Assembly (NCBI RefSeq): GCF_001194135.2
Contig: NC_068982.1
Span: forward strand, 122,344,816 to 122,408,815
From: Octopus bimaculoides
Lineage: Eukaryota
Reading direction: 5' to 3'
DNA: 64,000 nt
Below are positions 51,062 to 63,867 of the stretch, in pieces (positions within the stretch are counted from its first letter, which is position 1; each line of letters opens with the position of its first letter). The notes under the pieces are model-generated. The model was given only the letters and a program-made list of their open reading frames with translations, ran no database searches and was not told where the DNA came from. Made by a program: the position numbers and the translations under genes.

Positions 51062-52394
51062 TCCTTAAGACTACAGCAATAATTATAATGGGAGAAGGAG
51101 ATATGCCACAGGTATCACAAGCCTTCAATTCCATTATAAAATGGTGACCCCAAACAAAAAAAGGATTTTCAGCAGCTGAAAGCTTCTCTCACTGTCAAAA
51201 TGGCTTACCCGGCTTAGAACATGCATTCCCTTCTATAGTTCAGTGTCAGCTTTCATTTTACTTTAATGACCAACCGTTCTAATAATTTTGCCTCTTCCCT
51301 ACAGAAATATCTTCCTTTTATCGCCTATTTTGTTTCCCACAAAATGACTGGTGAGGGGCTATCTGTGGCGTACACTTGAGTGAAATTCCTCTCCTCTTTA
51401 TTATATATACATACATACGAAAGTAGTAGATAACAGCTAGCCTTTGGCCGCATTTTGGACTCTGTTGTGTCCACTACTCTGACTGATTGGTATTGGCGCA
51501 ATTTGTCTCTTGCTCTATGCAACCCAACCAATCGCAGCCTTCAAATAAGGTCACTCCAGCTTCTCATTGTCTCGATGTCTTTCAGTTCCAGACCTTCTAA
51601 GGTCAAACCACTGACCACACAAGACACAGCCAGTTACAGTGGCAACACAACAGCAGCCACGTGGAGACTCACCAACTTCGTCCAACAGCATCCGGCGACC
51701 TCCATCTCCATCACCACCATTTGTCCTTACGTCAACATCTCTCGACGTACTCACCCAGGTTACAACAACACTGCACTGTTCATGAATTGTTTCACCATGA
51801 ATCAACAGCGAATGTACAATCTGCAAGAACTTCTGTACCAAGTGACCCAGGCAGCAGCATTACAGTCACAACTTCATGTATGACACGTACTGCTCTGGCT
51901 CTGCATCATCACCCCATCTTCTTGATACAGTATTTCAACTAACATGTACAATTGACTACGAACTGGTATTTATCATTCTTATGTCTATGAACTTACTCCT
52001 CACTTCGATGGCTTATAGACTCTTACACTGTTTCTTCTTCATCGCCATCCTTATGTTCTTAACATGCATACGTCTATGCTTACATACATTTTATTCTTAT
52101 GACATCCTGTCTATTATTCTGTATATATGACGCACACACATTAACATATCAATAAATCTTCTCTTAAACATTCTTCCCAGTTGTGTCTTTTATTTCCCTC
52201 TGGCACATATATGCATTGTTCTATTTATATTTATTGTATCGACCGTGTGATGTACTAAGGAGCCATTCTCATCACCTCACTTCGCACGGATGTCACAAAT
52301 CGGCGACCCATTCCAGCTCCTTGAAGCTACAGAAAAAGTTATAATGGGAGTAGGAGATACTCCACAGGTATCATAAACCTTAAATTCCATTATA
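51062..52394. repeat. Pair of about 78-nt direct repeats (51062-51139, 52318-52394), each ending in a self-complementary 57-nt unit
   Basis: tcctt(a/g)a..ctacag......ttataatgggag(a/t)aggagata(tg/ct)ccacaggtatca(c/t)aa(g/a)cctt(c/a)aattccattata occurs at both sites. Confidence 0.85.
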
Positions 52395-53025
52395 TATTCC
52401 TCAGAACATATGAAACAAAGACCAACTTAAAGTTTGAAAACAAGCATGGACATTTAAGACAAACTTATGAAAATGCTTTTGATCACCAAAGAGCTAATAT
52501 CCTTAAAGTGTACCTAGTGCTAGTATTCATATACTAATATTTCTTCTGTGTTACATCATCACTATTTGTATTTCATGTTGCAGACATTGTTGGAGACTTT
52601 ACCCCCACTCAATCATTTTCTTATAAATATATAATATGTAACTGCATTTGAACATAGTATCCCAAAATTTTTTACTCTCTGCAGTAAATCCAAATTGATT
52701 TCCACTTCAGTTAGAAAATCAACCAAATTCAATAAAAATGAGAGCTGATAATTTGAAGATTTACAGCTACCTAGGTAAACTAGATCACTTAAGATTAACA
52801 CTCATCACAGTGCCACTAAGTATTAAGTTCTGCTGTACAGAAGGAAATGTTGAAATTATAATGGACAACCCTTTCTATAATTGATTTGATAATACTTGAA
52901 AAGCATGTAAAGATACAGTTGGCAAGGAACAAACCAAATATTATTCACCATAATAGAATGTGATCATTAACACAAATTACACCAACAATATTTTGGTATT
53001 ATTGTTTCACTATTTCCAGAAGAGC

Positions 53026-53190
<165 letters not shown>

Positions 53191-54555
53191 ACCAGAACTG
53201 ATCTACATATTTAGCAATGAGTCACTATTTATCATGAGAACCCTAAACAGGTATTCTTAATAAATATACTATTTCCAGTGCTAATTACATGATCTAAAAT
53301 GAAATAGACATAACTTCTTAGATCCAAAGATGTTGACTGAATTTATAATGAACACTATATGTAAATGTTAAATTAAAAGGATAAAGCAGAACAATATTTA
53401 GTTATAAAAGAGATTTCAACTTTGATATTTTAATAAATTATTTAGTGAAAACAAACTGTAGGCTCTGTCAGTTACTATACATGTGAATGGGACAAGATTT
53501 TATGTATATAGTATGATAGAAATGAATTTAAAGAATGTCTATAAAGATTTTCACAACCTGAAACATGTTAAAACTGGAAGAAGTTAAGGCTAGTTTTGAA
53601 GGTCATTTTTATAACATATTTGTTTACCAAATTACTATTTTGGTAATATCTTTGTGTAGCTAAAGAATAGCTATTAAACCATTTGTTTATAAAAAGCAAA
53701 CTCGCTTTAGGTAGATTTATTGTAACCAGACACAAAGTGTCTGCCAGTGCAAGACTGATTTTGACTATCAGTCACAGCTGGACTAAAATGATTTTTAAGT
53801 AAATAATCTGTAATGTTTCAACTTCATGTCATATACTACCTTAAAAAAAAAAAAAACATTTAGTCTATAATTCATAGGGGCAGGCATAGTTGAGTGGTTA
53901 GGAAGCTCATTCTGCAACCATCTGGTTATGTGTTCAGTCCCAGAGCACAGCACTTAGGGTGTCTTCTACTAGATCCACTGGCTGACCAATGCCTTGTGAG
54001 TGAATTTGGTAAATGAAAACTGTTTGGAAGCCTGTTATACATACACACAAGTACACACACACGTGAATATCTAGGTGGTGTGTCTCTTTGTGTCTGCATT
54101 TGTCAACTTCCACCACTTGATAACCAGTGCTGGTTTGTTAATGTCCCTTTAACTAAGTAGTTTGCCTAAAAGACTGATAGAATAGACTGAAAAACATACT
54201 GGGGTTGAGTAGTTCAACTAAAAATCCTTTGAGGCAGTGCTTCAGTATGTCTACAATCCAATAACTGAAACAAGTAAAAGAGAAAAGATATCACAATGTA
54301 GCTATGTTATTAAGAAGTTTGTTTTGCAACTGCATAGTTTTTGGTTTGATTCCATTGCACAATGTCTTAAGCATGCCTTCAACTATAGCTTTGAACTGAA
54401 CAATGCCCTCTGAGGAGAATTTGGAAGGTGGAAACTATGAATACATATAAATACACATACACACACACATATTTTGCTATTATACATCAGCAAAAAAACT
54501 GATGCTTTTAAATGTAAACAGTGCAAGTGGTATTTGTTTCTCCCAAGTTGCTTAA

Positions 54556-55556
54556 CCCTTTCGTTACTAACCCGGCCATAGCCGGCCGAAAAGTTTTTTG
54601 GTTCATAAGTCTAACCCGGCCGTAGCCGGCCAAGCGTACCCATTGTTATTTAAATGTATATTTGAACCCAAATTTTGTTAGTACATTCGTTCAAACACCT
54701 GATTTCACTTTGCAAACAGTTGAGTTATTGTCTCTGACATTATTTGGCTTGATATTTGAACTCAGTGAATTTTGGAAGATTTTTTCCACATTTTTTGCGG
54801 CGTTGATTTTTTTCAACTTTGAAGATGGAGAGGAGTTTCATGCTATCAAGCAGTGATTCCGAATTTGAAGGTTTTTCAACAGAAGATATGGAGATATCGA
54901 AGAAAAGAATGAATGAGCTNNNNNNNNNNNNNNNNNNNNNNNNNNNNNNNNNNNNNNNNNNNNNNNNNNNNNNNNNNNNNNNNNNNNNNNNNNNNNNNNN
55001 NNNNNNNNNNNNNNNNNNNNNNNNNNNNNNNNNNNNNNNNNNNNNNNNNNNNNNNNNNNNNNNNNNNNNNNNNNNNNNNNNNNNNNNNNNNNNNNNNNNN
55101 NNNNNNNNNNNNNNNNNNNNNNNNNNNNNNNNNNNNNNNNNNNNNNNNNNNNNNNNNNNNNNNNNNNNNNNNNNNNNNNNNNNNNNNNNNNNNNNNNNNN
55201 NNNNNNNNNNNNNNNNNNNNNNNNNNNNNNNNNNNNNNNNNNNNNNNNNNNNNNNNNNNNNNNNNNNNNNNNNNNNNNNNNNNNNNNNNNNNNNNNNNNN
55301 NNNNNNNNNNNNNNNNNNNNNNNNNNNNNNNNNNNNNNNNNNNNNNNNNNNNGGAGAACTTAGAGACAAAAATTATGCAATAGAATTGATTAAGAACCCT
55401 TTCTTTATTTATGTTCCAAATATCACATTAATATGTTGATAAATAAAAAAGTTACAGGTATTTAATGAGACTAGTCTAAATTCATGATTATTTTAGAATT
55501 TAATTGAAACTCATGAGGGGTGGTGTATTTTGGCCAGAAATATAGTAACGAAAGGG
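54556..55556 (+). mobile_element. piggyBac-like element spanning an assembly gap
   Basis: TTAA on both sides. Perfect 14-bp TIR CCCTTTCGTTACTA/TAGTAACGAAAGGG. Subterminal repeats aacccggcc(a/g)tagccggcc x2. Acidic ORF start LSSSDSEFEGFSTED, as seen at piggyBac transposase N-termini. Confidence 0.88.
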
Positions 55557-55694
55557 TTAAACAAACTCTTGTTGCCATTGTCATCAGAAATGGCAATGAA
55601 ACCAGTGAATTGCCAGTTGGAAACCTGCAGCCAACAATGCTATTTGCTTAGCAAAATGTGACATAAAAATAAAAGAAAAACTTTTAGCAGCAAC

Positions 55695-56445
55695 TTCAAC
55701 ATCATTTAATGTCTATTGTCCATGTTGGCATGAGTTGGATAGTTTGACCAGGGTTGGTAAGCTGAGGGGCTGCACCAGACTCAATGATTTCTACTACTGG
55801 ATGCTTTTATGTACCAGTTGCATGACACCATCTGTCATGACTACAATTTCACTTGGCTTGATGGGTCTTCTGCTCAAGTGCAGCATATTGTCAAAGGTCT
55901 TGGTCACTTGTCATTGCATCCATGAAACCCAACGTTTGAAGATCATGCTTCACCACCTCATCCCATGTTTACCTCTTCTACAGTTTCCCTCCACAATTAG
56001 AGATTGGCACTTCTTTACACAGCTGTCCTCATTCAGACACATCACATAACCATACTACCACAGTCATCTCTCTTGCACATCTCTTTGATACCGCTTATGG
56101 TCAACTTTTTTTCTTACGACACTTACATTCTGTTGTACATGCACACTGACATTGCACATCCAGTGAAGCATGCTAGCTTTATTTCTTTCAAGCCTATGCA
56201 TGTCCTTGGTGGTCACAGCCTATGTTTCAATGCCATGTAGCATAGCTGTTCACACACAAGTATCATACAGTCTACCTTTCACTCTGAGGGACAGGCCCTT
56301 AGTTGTCAACAGAGTTAGATCTCTGAACTTTGCCCAGCCTATTCTTATTATTGAAGCTATGCTCTTGGAGCATTCACCTCTGCTACTCATTTGGTCACCT
56401 TGATAACGGAAGCTATCAACTACCTCTAGCATACCTCACTGGCAT
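55695..56445 (-). mobile_element. RTE-clade LINE 3' fragment (ORF2 C-terminal part, 3'UTR, (GAT)n-like tail)
   Basis: ORF 56250..56432 LEVVDSFRYQGDQMSSRGECSKSI...RIGWAKFRDL.LLTTKGLSLRVKGRLYDTCV is typical RTE post-RT sequence. It continues into the same 3' end (ccaactcatgccaacatggacaatagacattaaatgatg) as the dispersed (CAT)n repeats. Confidence 0.85.
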
Positions 56446-56578
56446 TCAAAAGAGTCTATTTTCTGTACATTTTTGGTGTTTATTCCACATACAAAAAATG
56501 TTTTCCTAGTTAACTGTCCCCTATTTTAAAAATATTTTTCAGTTAGGTGAAACGAGCCATATTTAAAGAAGACTGAAA

Positions 56579-56752
56579 ATCATCATCATCATCATCGTTT
56601 AATGTCCGCTTTCCATGCTAGGATGGGTTGGACGATTTGACTGAGGACTGGTGAAACCGGATGGCAACACCAGGCTCCAATCTGATTTGGCAGAGTTTCT
56701 ACAGCTGGATGCCCTTCCTAACGCCAACCACTCAGAGAGTGTAGTGGGTGCT
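56579..56752 (-). repeat. RTE 3'-end repeat
   Basis: (cat)n-cgtttaatgtccgctttccatgctagg...ctggatgcccttcctaacgccaaccactcagagagtgtagtgggtgct. Confidence 0.85.
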
Positions 56753-57129
56753 CGGAAATGGTATTAGAATGGTATTAAAAAGTGAACCCAAGTCATCGAT
56801 TCAGTTCAGAAATAGTTATTCTCTTACTTTATAATACTTGTAATATTTCATATTGAACATATTAATTGTTGTACTCACTGTACTTAAATAATTCTTTTCA
56901 AAATATGAAAAATTTCCGAACAATCTTTCCACACCTGTTGGTGTCAAATCACACCCACAATGTAAGTCAATAACAACATTTAGGTTTATATGTCTATGTA
57001 TGGTATATTCACCTTTTGGTATAATGTGACATATAAAAATGTGTTTAGTTATATTTGATAGTAAGAGATTAGGTCTAATTTATTTGTGAATGGCAGTTAT
57101 ATTCATGTATGATGTTCTCAACATTTAAG

Positions 57130-57132
<3 letters not shown>

Positions 57133-57191
<59 letters not shown>
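57133..57191. repeat. (AT)n microsatellite; similar tracts at about 5362-5400, 9484-9527, 9797-9830, 36310-36340 and 41595-41615
   Basis: Direct inspection. Several AT tracts border N-gaps. Confidence 0.95.
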
Positions 57192-57192
<1 letters not shown>

Positions 57193-57792
57193 GTATGGCT
57201 GAATGGTTAAGTTTGCTTAACAACAATGAGGCCTCTAGTTCAATTCCGCTGTATGACAAACTGATTTAATATCATTTTTTTATATAACCCCAGCCTGTTC
57301 CTTGTGAATGAAAGCAGGTAGAAAAGCCCTTTGGGTGAATTATACATGCAATTCAAAAGATACAGTCTTGTCATACATTGTGTTATGCTGATTCTGCCTG
57401 AGATGTGGTAAAGGCCATCTGTGTCTGTGGAATGCTCAGGCATTTAATATTAATTCAAGAGCAGGTATTTCAGTCAATTGAACAACTAAATCTTCATTGT
57501 ACAATGATGGAGGTCCCTGCCACATCTAAGCAATAGCATTTAGGTTTTATTTCCAAGTGTTGGTAAGTTTGCTAATTTTTTTTACTTGTTCCATTTAACA
57601 AGAAATGTATATTGATTAGGTTGCAATGTAAAGCTGTTCCAACGCTACTTGGCTTCAAATAGACCTGTCTTGACTAACAATAAAGCTGTAGCAGAAAAGA
57701 TATAGACAAGCCAATATCTGCTTACGAAGTCTGGAAAATTTCTGCTTAGTACTTTAGCAATCAAATTGTTCTGTCAATTACAATGCTTATTC

Positions 57793-58163
57793 ATTACCTC
57801 CACCTTAGCAAAGGCAGAGGTATTGTTTTCAGTTGCATTTATTTGTTTGTTTGTCCGTGGACAAAATATCTCAAGAACTGCTGGATAGATTCAGATGAAA
57901 CTTTCAGGGATGTTTGGCCTCATGACTGGCATGAACTGATTAGATTTGGGGATTGATCTGGTACTGGATAAGGATTCTGGATTATTTTTCCAGTTATTTT
58001 ACTTAATTTTTGAGAGCGGTCGGATTAATTTTTAATATTCTCATTTGTGAGAGCAGTCGAGTTTATTTCAGATATCCTCATTTAAAAAAACATCTCTGGC
58101 TAATCGTTGAGAGGACATTGGTGTTAGCTTAGCGGAGGTTTTCACTCTCTGAGTGCTCTTGTT
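57793..58163 (+). mobile_element. Helitron/Helentron-type non-autonomous element (HINE/DINE-like)
   Basis: 5' attacctccacc...gaggtattgttttc...gtttgtttgtttgtcc. 3' subterminal inverted repeat ttagcggaggt, then hairpin cactc-tct-gagtg and a ctcttgtt end. This layout is typical of HINE-type elements. Confidence 0.65.
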
Positions 58164-59506
58164 CATATTGTTTTGAAGTAATTATGGCTCATCTCATACA
58201 ATGATATTGTGCTGTAGGTGTAAGAGATCAGATCTGGCCCATTTAAATAAAAAAGAGGGAGAATATTTGGGCCTGATATCACTGGTTTAAATGCTAAAGG
58301 CTTAGATAAGCTATCACCTGAAATAATACCAGATATAAGCTACCATTTTAAGCAATAGCTGTAAATAAAATCAAAGGACTGCAGATCATATTGGAAGGAT
58401 CTAAATTGGAAACTTTTGGGAAACTTATGATTTCCTAGTGAGTGTTTAATGTTGTTAAGGTTGCCCAACCAACCTTTGGGAATTTTTGAGACACTAGCTT
58501 TCTTCTAGCTATATACAAGTTGGTAATCTAATATTTGTTTCTTCACTAACACTGTACCTCATTCATGTCAATCTATAGATATGTTGTTATTGTTTGCTTA
58601 CATTTTGTTCTGGCTGAGCTGATATATAGCACATATATAATCAATAGAGAGACGACTCAACATGCCAAATATGTATTTAAAATTTTGACTACACCCTCTT
58701 GCATGTTTATTTCCAACAACAAATGTTACTACTCTAGAGTGATAAAGATTTAAGATAATCAAAGGTTTTTACATTCAGAATAAGGTATTGGATGACTGGA
58801 AAACTCAAGTACTTTCTTGTATAATATGTTTTAATTATAATATATACATATGACGAAGGTTAAGCTGAGGGCTTATCAAAATGAATAAAGTATTCTACAT
58901 AGTGGCTTTAAATTTTGACACAAGGCCAGTAATTTCAGAGGGGTACATCAACCCCAGTGTTCAAATGGTACTTATTTAATTGACCCCAAAAGGATGAAAG
59001 GGCAAAGTTGACCCTGGCAGTATTTGAACCCAGAGCATAAAGACATGAACTGTCACTAAGCATTTCACCTCACTGCCATAAAGTATTCTATGTATTACCA
59101 TGTAAAAACATGGTTTGTTGTAAATACATTGTGAGGGACAACATTACCTGACATTTCCATGCATGGTAATTGTAACAAGGTGAGCCAACATATTGGTAAA
59201 TTCATAAATTTAAATGTTCACAGATTTATATACTAAGTAGATAAAATGCATTATAATAAATTTATTGATGATGTATTAGCTTGTGAGATAATTACCTGAT
59301 GATGAAATGACAGGTAATGTAATTACAAGCAATGAATTTATCAGACACCAAAGCAAATATCTTGCATCACAATATGTCACCAAAAAAAAACCCCATTTCT
59401 CTTAATTCTAAAGCAAAATTGACTACTGATAACCCAATTAGTTTATAATAACAAAATTTTATTGCCTTAATGATATGATCAGTTTAACAGCTCCTTTCTC
59501 TCTCTC

Positions 59507-59539
<33 letters not shown>

Positions 59540-59541
<2 letters not shown>

Positions 59542-59820
59542 AAGGCACATGACTTGGTGCTCACAGTGTCGAGCTTACAATCATGAGGTTGTGAGTTCGA
59601 TTCCTGTAGAAATGAGTTGCGATGTCATTGGTGCCAAGCTGTATTGGCCTTTACCTTTCCCTTGGATAACATCGGTGGCATGGAGAGGGGAGGCTGGTAT
59701 GCATGGGTGACTGCTGGTCTTCTATAAAAACAACCCTAGGCTATGCGTTTGCTGGAGAAGCAACTTTTGCCCAGACTTGTACCCCAGAGAGGAACCTCTT
59801 AGGTGCACTCATGGCCATTT
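59540..59820 (+). mobile_element. tRNA-derived SINE of a further family, between GT-rich microsatellites
   Basis: gaaggcacatgacttggtg...gtgagttcgattcc B-box-like head directly after (GT)n. Confidence 0.55.
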
Positions 59821-59835
59821 GTGACAGACGGAGTC

Positions 59836-59925
59836 GAGTGTGTGTGTGTGTGGTGTGGTGTGGTGTGCGCGCGCGCGCGCGTGTGGTGCGCGCGCGTGTG
59901 TGCGTGTGCGTGTGCGTGTGTGTAC
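59836..59925. repeat. Alternating purine-pyrimidine (GT/GC)n tract with (CG)n cores
   Basis: gtgtgtgtgtgtg...gtgtgcgcgcgcgcgcgtgtggtgcgcgcgcgtgtgtgcgtgtgcgtgtgcgtg. Confidence 0.9.
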
Positions 59926-62036
59926 ATAATACATCTATTACGACTAAGTGTGACTTTCAAGTAGTATTTTATCTTCCATCTAGAATCATATAGCTCTACC
60001 TCTGCTCTTTTAATTCTCCACTACCAATTCATATTGTTCATTTGTAATATTATGGGCTATTCTACATCATTGTTTTATTGCTCAATTTACTATGCTTGCA
60101 AGGGTCAGACAATTTATTGAGGTAGGTTTGCTACTGCTGGGTGCCTTTCCTGTTACCAAGTTCACATATTTCCGAACAACGTGACTTTTCTCCTTGGTTG
60201 GATATGTTTTCATGGAAGGTGGGAAATGAATGGAATTGCTTGTGTGACTAATGCTCACTTACAGCTAACATGAAAAGTCACAATAAGGATACACACATAC
60301 AGGTTTCTTTCCATGTCCACCTACAAAATCCACTCAAGGCTGTAATTGGCTGGTGATTATAGCAGAAAACACTTGGCTAAAGAGCCATGCAGAGGCATAG
60401 AACTTGAAACCCTGTGGTGGGGAAGCAGCCATTGTATTATCATCAAATCTGAATTAAAATATAAATTCTACTTACCATTTTTCAACATCTTTTAAATAAA
60501 CATGCGCAATATGATAGTAAAAATCAAAAATAAACACATAAAAAATGTGTATTTAATCAAAATAACTGTTTTGATACCAACCTGCCTGAGACTATCACTG
60601 ACTTTATGACAGAAAAATTTTAATTTTAAAGTGTTCATATCTAAATTAGAACATTCCATCGGAGTATGTAAGAGCATTTTGTTAAGTTATGTTCCATCTT
60701 AATGGAAATTATTATTTTACTAAATCTCCCAATAATTCTTGGAGGCTTTCAAAAAAAAGTAAAGTACATGGATTGTATTTGTTAATAGGATAATGAAAAG
60801 ATTTAAAAGTATTTTGGATAACAAAAGCAATGAAGGCAACATTTTAATATTAATCTAGTGTTAAATTCTTATTATTTAAAGAACAAGTGGTATTATATAC
60901 AATTTCCATGTGTATTAATTGTTCATATGGAAGTAATTACCTCTCAATTAGTGCCTTTGAAATTTAACCCAACTTAATTCAAAGTCATACTCTCTAATAT
61001 TAATTTTCATATTTTGCAAATTACTGATTGTCCATTTTACAGCATTTCTATTATATAACAGGTATTTATTGATTCTTCAAGGAATGGCAAAATAAATAAA
61101 TAAACACCGGGTTTGATTTGAACCCAGGAATGTAGAGTGATAAAACTATTTAATCCTGTCCTTGACCATTTCCGTCAAGTCATCAACCTTAAACCTAATA
61201 TAAATGTGAATAAACCTACAAATGTAAATGAGCCTACCTAATTGTGGAAATATTTTTTTTTGTTTTAATGCTTTACATTGTTATGTTGTTTTTATTCAGA
61301 CCACAACCTTCCCTTTAAAGGAGTATCTTAATCAAGTATATATAAATTATTATATTTGACTAACCTAATTCATACAGCTGAAGGTGTGGCTAAAACTTTA
61401 AACATACATTCAACAGTGACACTCCAAGAATAAATAAATCAGTCAACTTCCTTGGTGCCAATGTACAAATGAAAGTCCAAAACTGCCTCATGGTGTGAAT
61501 TTATGACTGGAAGGAATGTGAAAATTTCAGTTCTAGAATGTATTGTTTAAAAACTGGTTAAGCTCGTTTTAAAATATTTCAATCATGAAACATCACAGTT
61601 ACTTTGACAAAAGTGCCTGAAGTGAAATTTTACTGCAATATTTTTATGTCTTGGTACAAATATGACTACATCCAACATTCAAAACTATATTGCACAAACT
61701 ACATATATTGACTACACTATAAACTTTGTTGTTTGACTACTAGCAAAGGTAGAAAAAAAAAGCATTATGAGATGAGATGAAATATAGAAAATAGAAGATA
61801 TTTGAAGGCAAATAAGTTACAGGATATTTCCAGCAATGAAAAAAAAAAAGAAAAACCCATTCAGATTAGTAGCAATTTGGAATGATTTCATTAATTCGTA
61901 TATTATTAAAACAATTATTCTTTTCAATAACATACCGATTCATTACTAATGTTTTGGCAGAGTCAAGTGTGAATATCTGATTGCTGTGGTTTTTCATGAC
62001 TGGAGAACACTTCTTTTTAGATGATGTGTGTGTTAT

Positions 62037-62232
62037 GAATGAATATAAAATAAAAAGAGAAGGTATTCTCTGGTGATGAAAAAACAAGAGTGATTAGATA
62101 TTCATATCTGAATCTGCCAAAATGAATTAAGAATGAATATAATATAAAGAGAGAAGGTGCTCTCTGGTGATGAAAAACAACAGTAATCAGATATTCATAT
62201 TCGAATCTGCCAAAATGAATTAAGAATGAATA
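62037..62232. repeat. Local tandem duplication, about 94-nt unit x2
   Basis: gaatgaatat...gagaaggt..tctctggtgatgaaaaa...gatattcatat..gaatctgccaaaatgaattaa repeats at 62037, 62131 and the start of a third copy at 62224. Confidence 0.9.
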
Positions 62233-62814
62233 GATACATTATTGTTTGGAATCTCACTGATCTGTATGCACTACATAATTTTTTTGTTTTTCTCTAGCCA
62301 TAATTATTAATGACCTCTCAAATATAAGTTAGCAGTTGAGTATTATTTGCTAGATACAGTCAAACAAATAGAGTTATGTACATTACCTATCACAACTTGC
62401 TTAGTTATATATACTAATACTGGCACCATGTAAAGTGTGGTTGTGCTGGTACTGCATAAAGTGCACTCATGCTGGTGCTGCATAAATGCACTCATGCTGG
62501 TAGTGAGTAAATGCACCTTTTGGATCCTGTTATAGGAAGTCTTGAAAAGGATGTTTTATCATTAACAAACAATTATCTCTAAATATTATAGATCATTTCA
62601 GAAGATACCATTTTATAAGAAGAGACCCTTATTCTCCTATATCAAGGTAAGTGGGGCATTATTACTTTGGTTATTTTCTCTTAGCCACAACTTTTCACCA
62701 TCAAATCTCTAACAGTGTAATCATGCTTCTTGCACAAATTATTTTCAAGATGCCCAGTCACTTTCTCAAGCTTTCTCTTAAGATAATATTCACACCCAAC
62801 AAATTATACCGATG

Positions 62815-63193
62815 TTAAGCCAATAAAGAAGATTCTACACCAGGAGCCGGTGTCATGTAACTAGCACCTATGCCAGTGGCACATAAAAATCACCCTTTGA
62901 GCATTGAGTTTCACAGAGGCAACAACAAATGACCAAAGGCGATAAGCTGTGCTTGAGCAGAAGACTCATCAAGCCATGGCAGAAACTGGTGTCATGCAAC
63001 TGGCACCCATGCTGGTGGAACATAAAAACACCCATTACACTCTTGGAGTAGGGTTAGGGTTAGAAAGGGCATCCAGTCAGAGAAACCATGCCAAATCAAA
63101 CTGGAGTCTGGTGTAGCCCCTCAGCTTATCAACCCTGGTCAAACTGTCCAACCCATGTTAGCATGGACAACAGATGTTAAAAGATGATGATGA
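62815..63193 (+). repeat. RTE 3'-end repeat
   Basis: Subrepeats ggtgtcatg(t/c)aact(a/g)gcacc, then gaaagggcatccagtc and ccaacccatgttagcatggacaacagatgttaaaagatgatgatg. Confidence 0.8.
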
Positions 63194-63654
63194 GCAGAGT
63201 ATCTATAATTTTTCAGGGCCTTAAATGTGGCTTCCTGGAACAAGCCTGGATTTTGCATTAAAAAAATGTTGATTACATAGTATTATATTACAAATGTTCT
63301 TAAATCATAAGCTGTAAAAGCAAGATGTTTTTTTAATTTTATATTTTAACATTTATAATTACTTTTTAATACTGAAAATAATTAAATTTTTCAGGAAATT
63401 TGATAAACTTTTCACCAATGTAGCCTTATTAGATAAAATGTGGTCTTCAAATATAGAAAAAAGGCTCCCACTCTTATTTTATAAATTGTGGTCTTCAAAT
63501 ATTAAAAAGAAAAAAAAAAGGTTTGCAGTTCCTGCTCAATAGTCATTGGACCGGTCAGAAACAGCAGCCAAATCTACCTCAGACCATGCCCTTCTATTTT
63601 AAATGTAGAGGATAATGCAAAAATGTAGTATGGTTATAACTGGAATACCTTTAA

Positions 63655-63867
63655 CCCTTTTGTTACTAAATTTTTGTTGAAGTACACTTCCTTTATTTCA
63701 ATTAATTTAGAAAATAATGAAGTAAAAATGTTTTACCATTAAGCTGCTGTCTGGGGCAGAAATTAACATTAAATTTTAAAGGAAGATTTAAATTTAGATC
63801 ACTTTAAAATAAGGAAGTTTGTATCATACAACCAAGGGTAGCTTCAGGCAATTTAGTATCAAAAGGG
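63655..63867. mobile_element. piggyBac-type MITE
   Basis: TTAA|CCCTTTTGTTACTAAAT ... ATTTAGTATCAAAAGGG|TTAT: 17-bp TIR with one mismatch, nearly the same TIR as the 54556 element. Confidence 0.8.

Noticed and set aside
57013-57050. YVTLYQK|GTGAAT as the CLIC beta-1 exon
   Set aside because: There is an in-frame stop a few codons upstream, with no ATG or AG acceptor in between.
59291-59318. Hammerhead-ribozyme look-alike (ATTAC-CTGATGA-T-GAAA-TGACAG-GTAAT)
   Set aside because: It has CTGATGA and GAAA, but no stem II, no stem III and no NUH cleavage triplet. It is only an 8-bp inverted repeat.
63050-63064. Interstitial telomeric repeat (GGGTTA)2
   Set aside because: Only two units, inside a diverged RTE-end motif; expected by chance.
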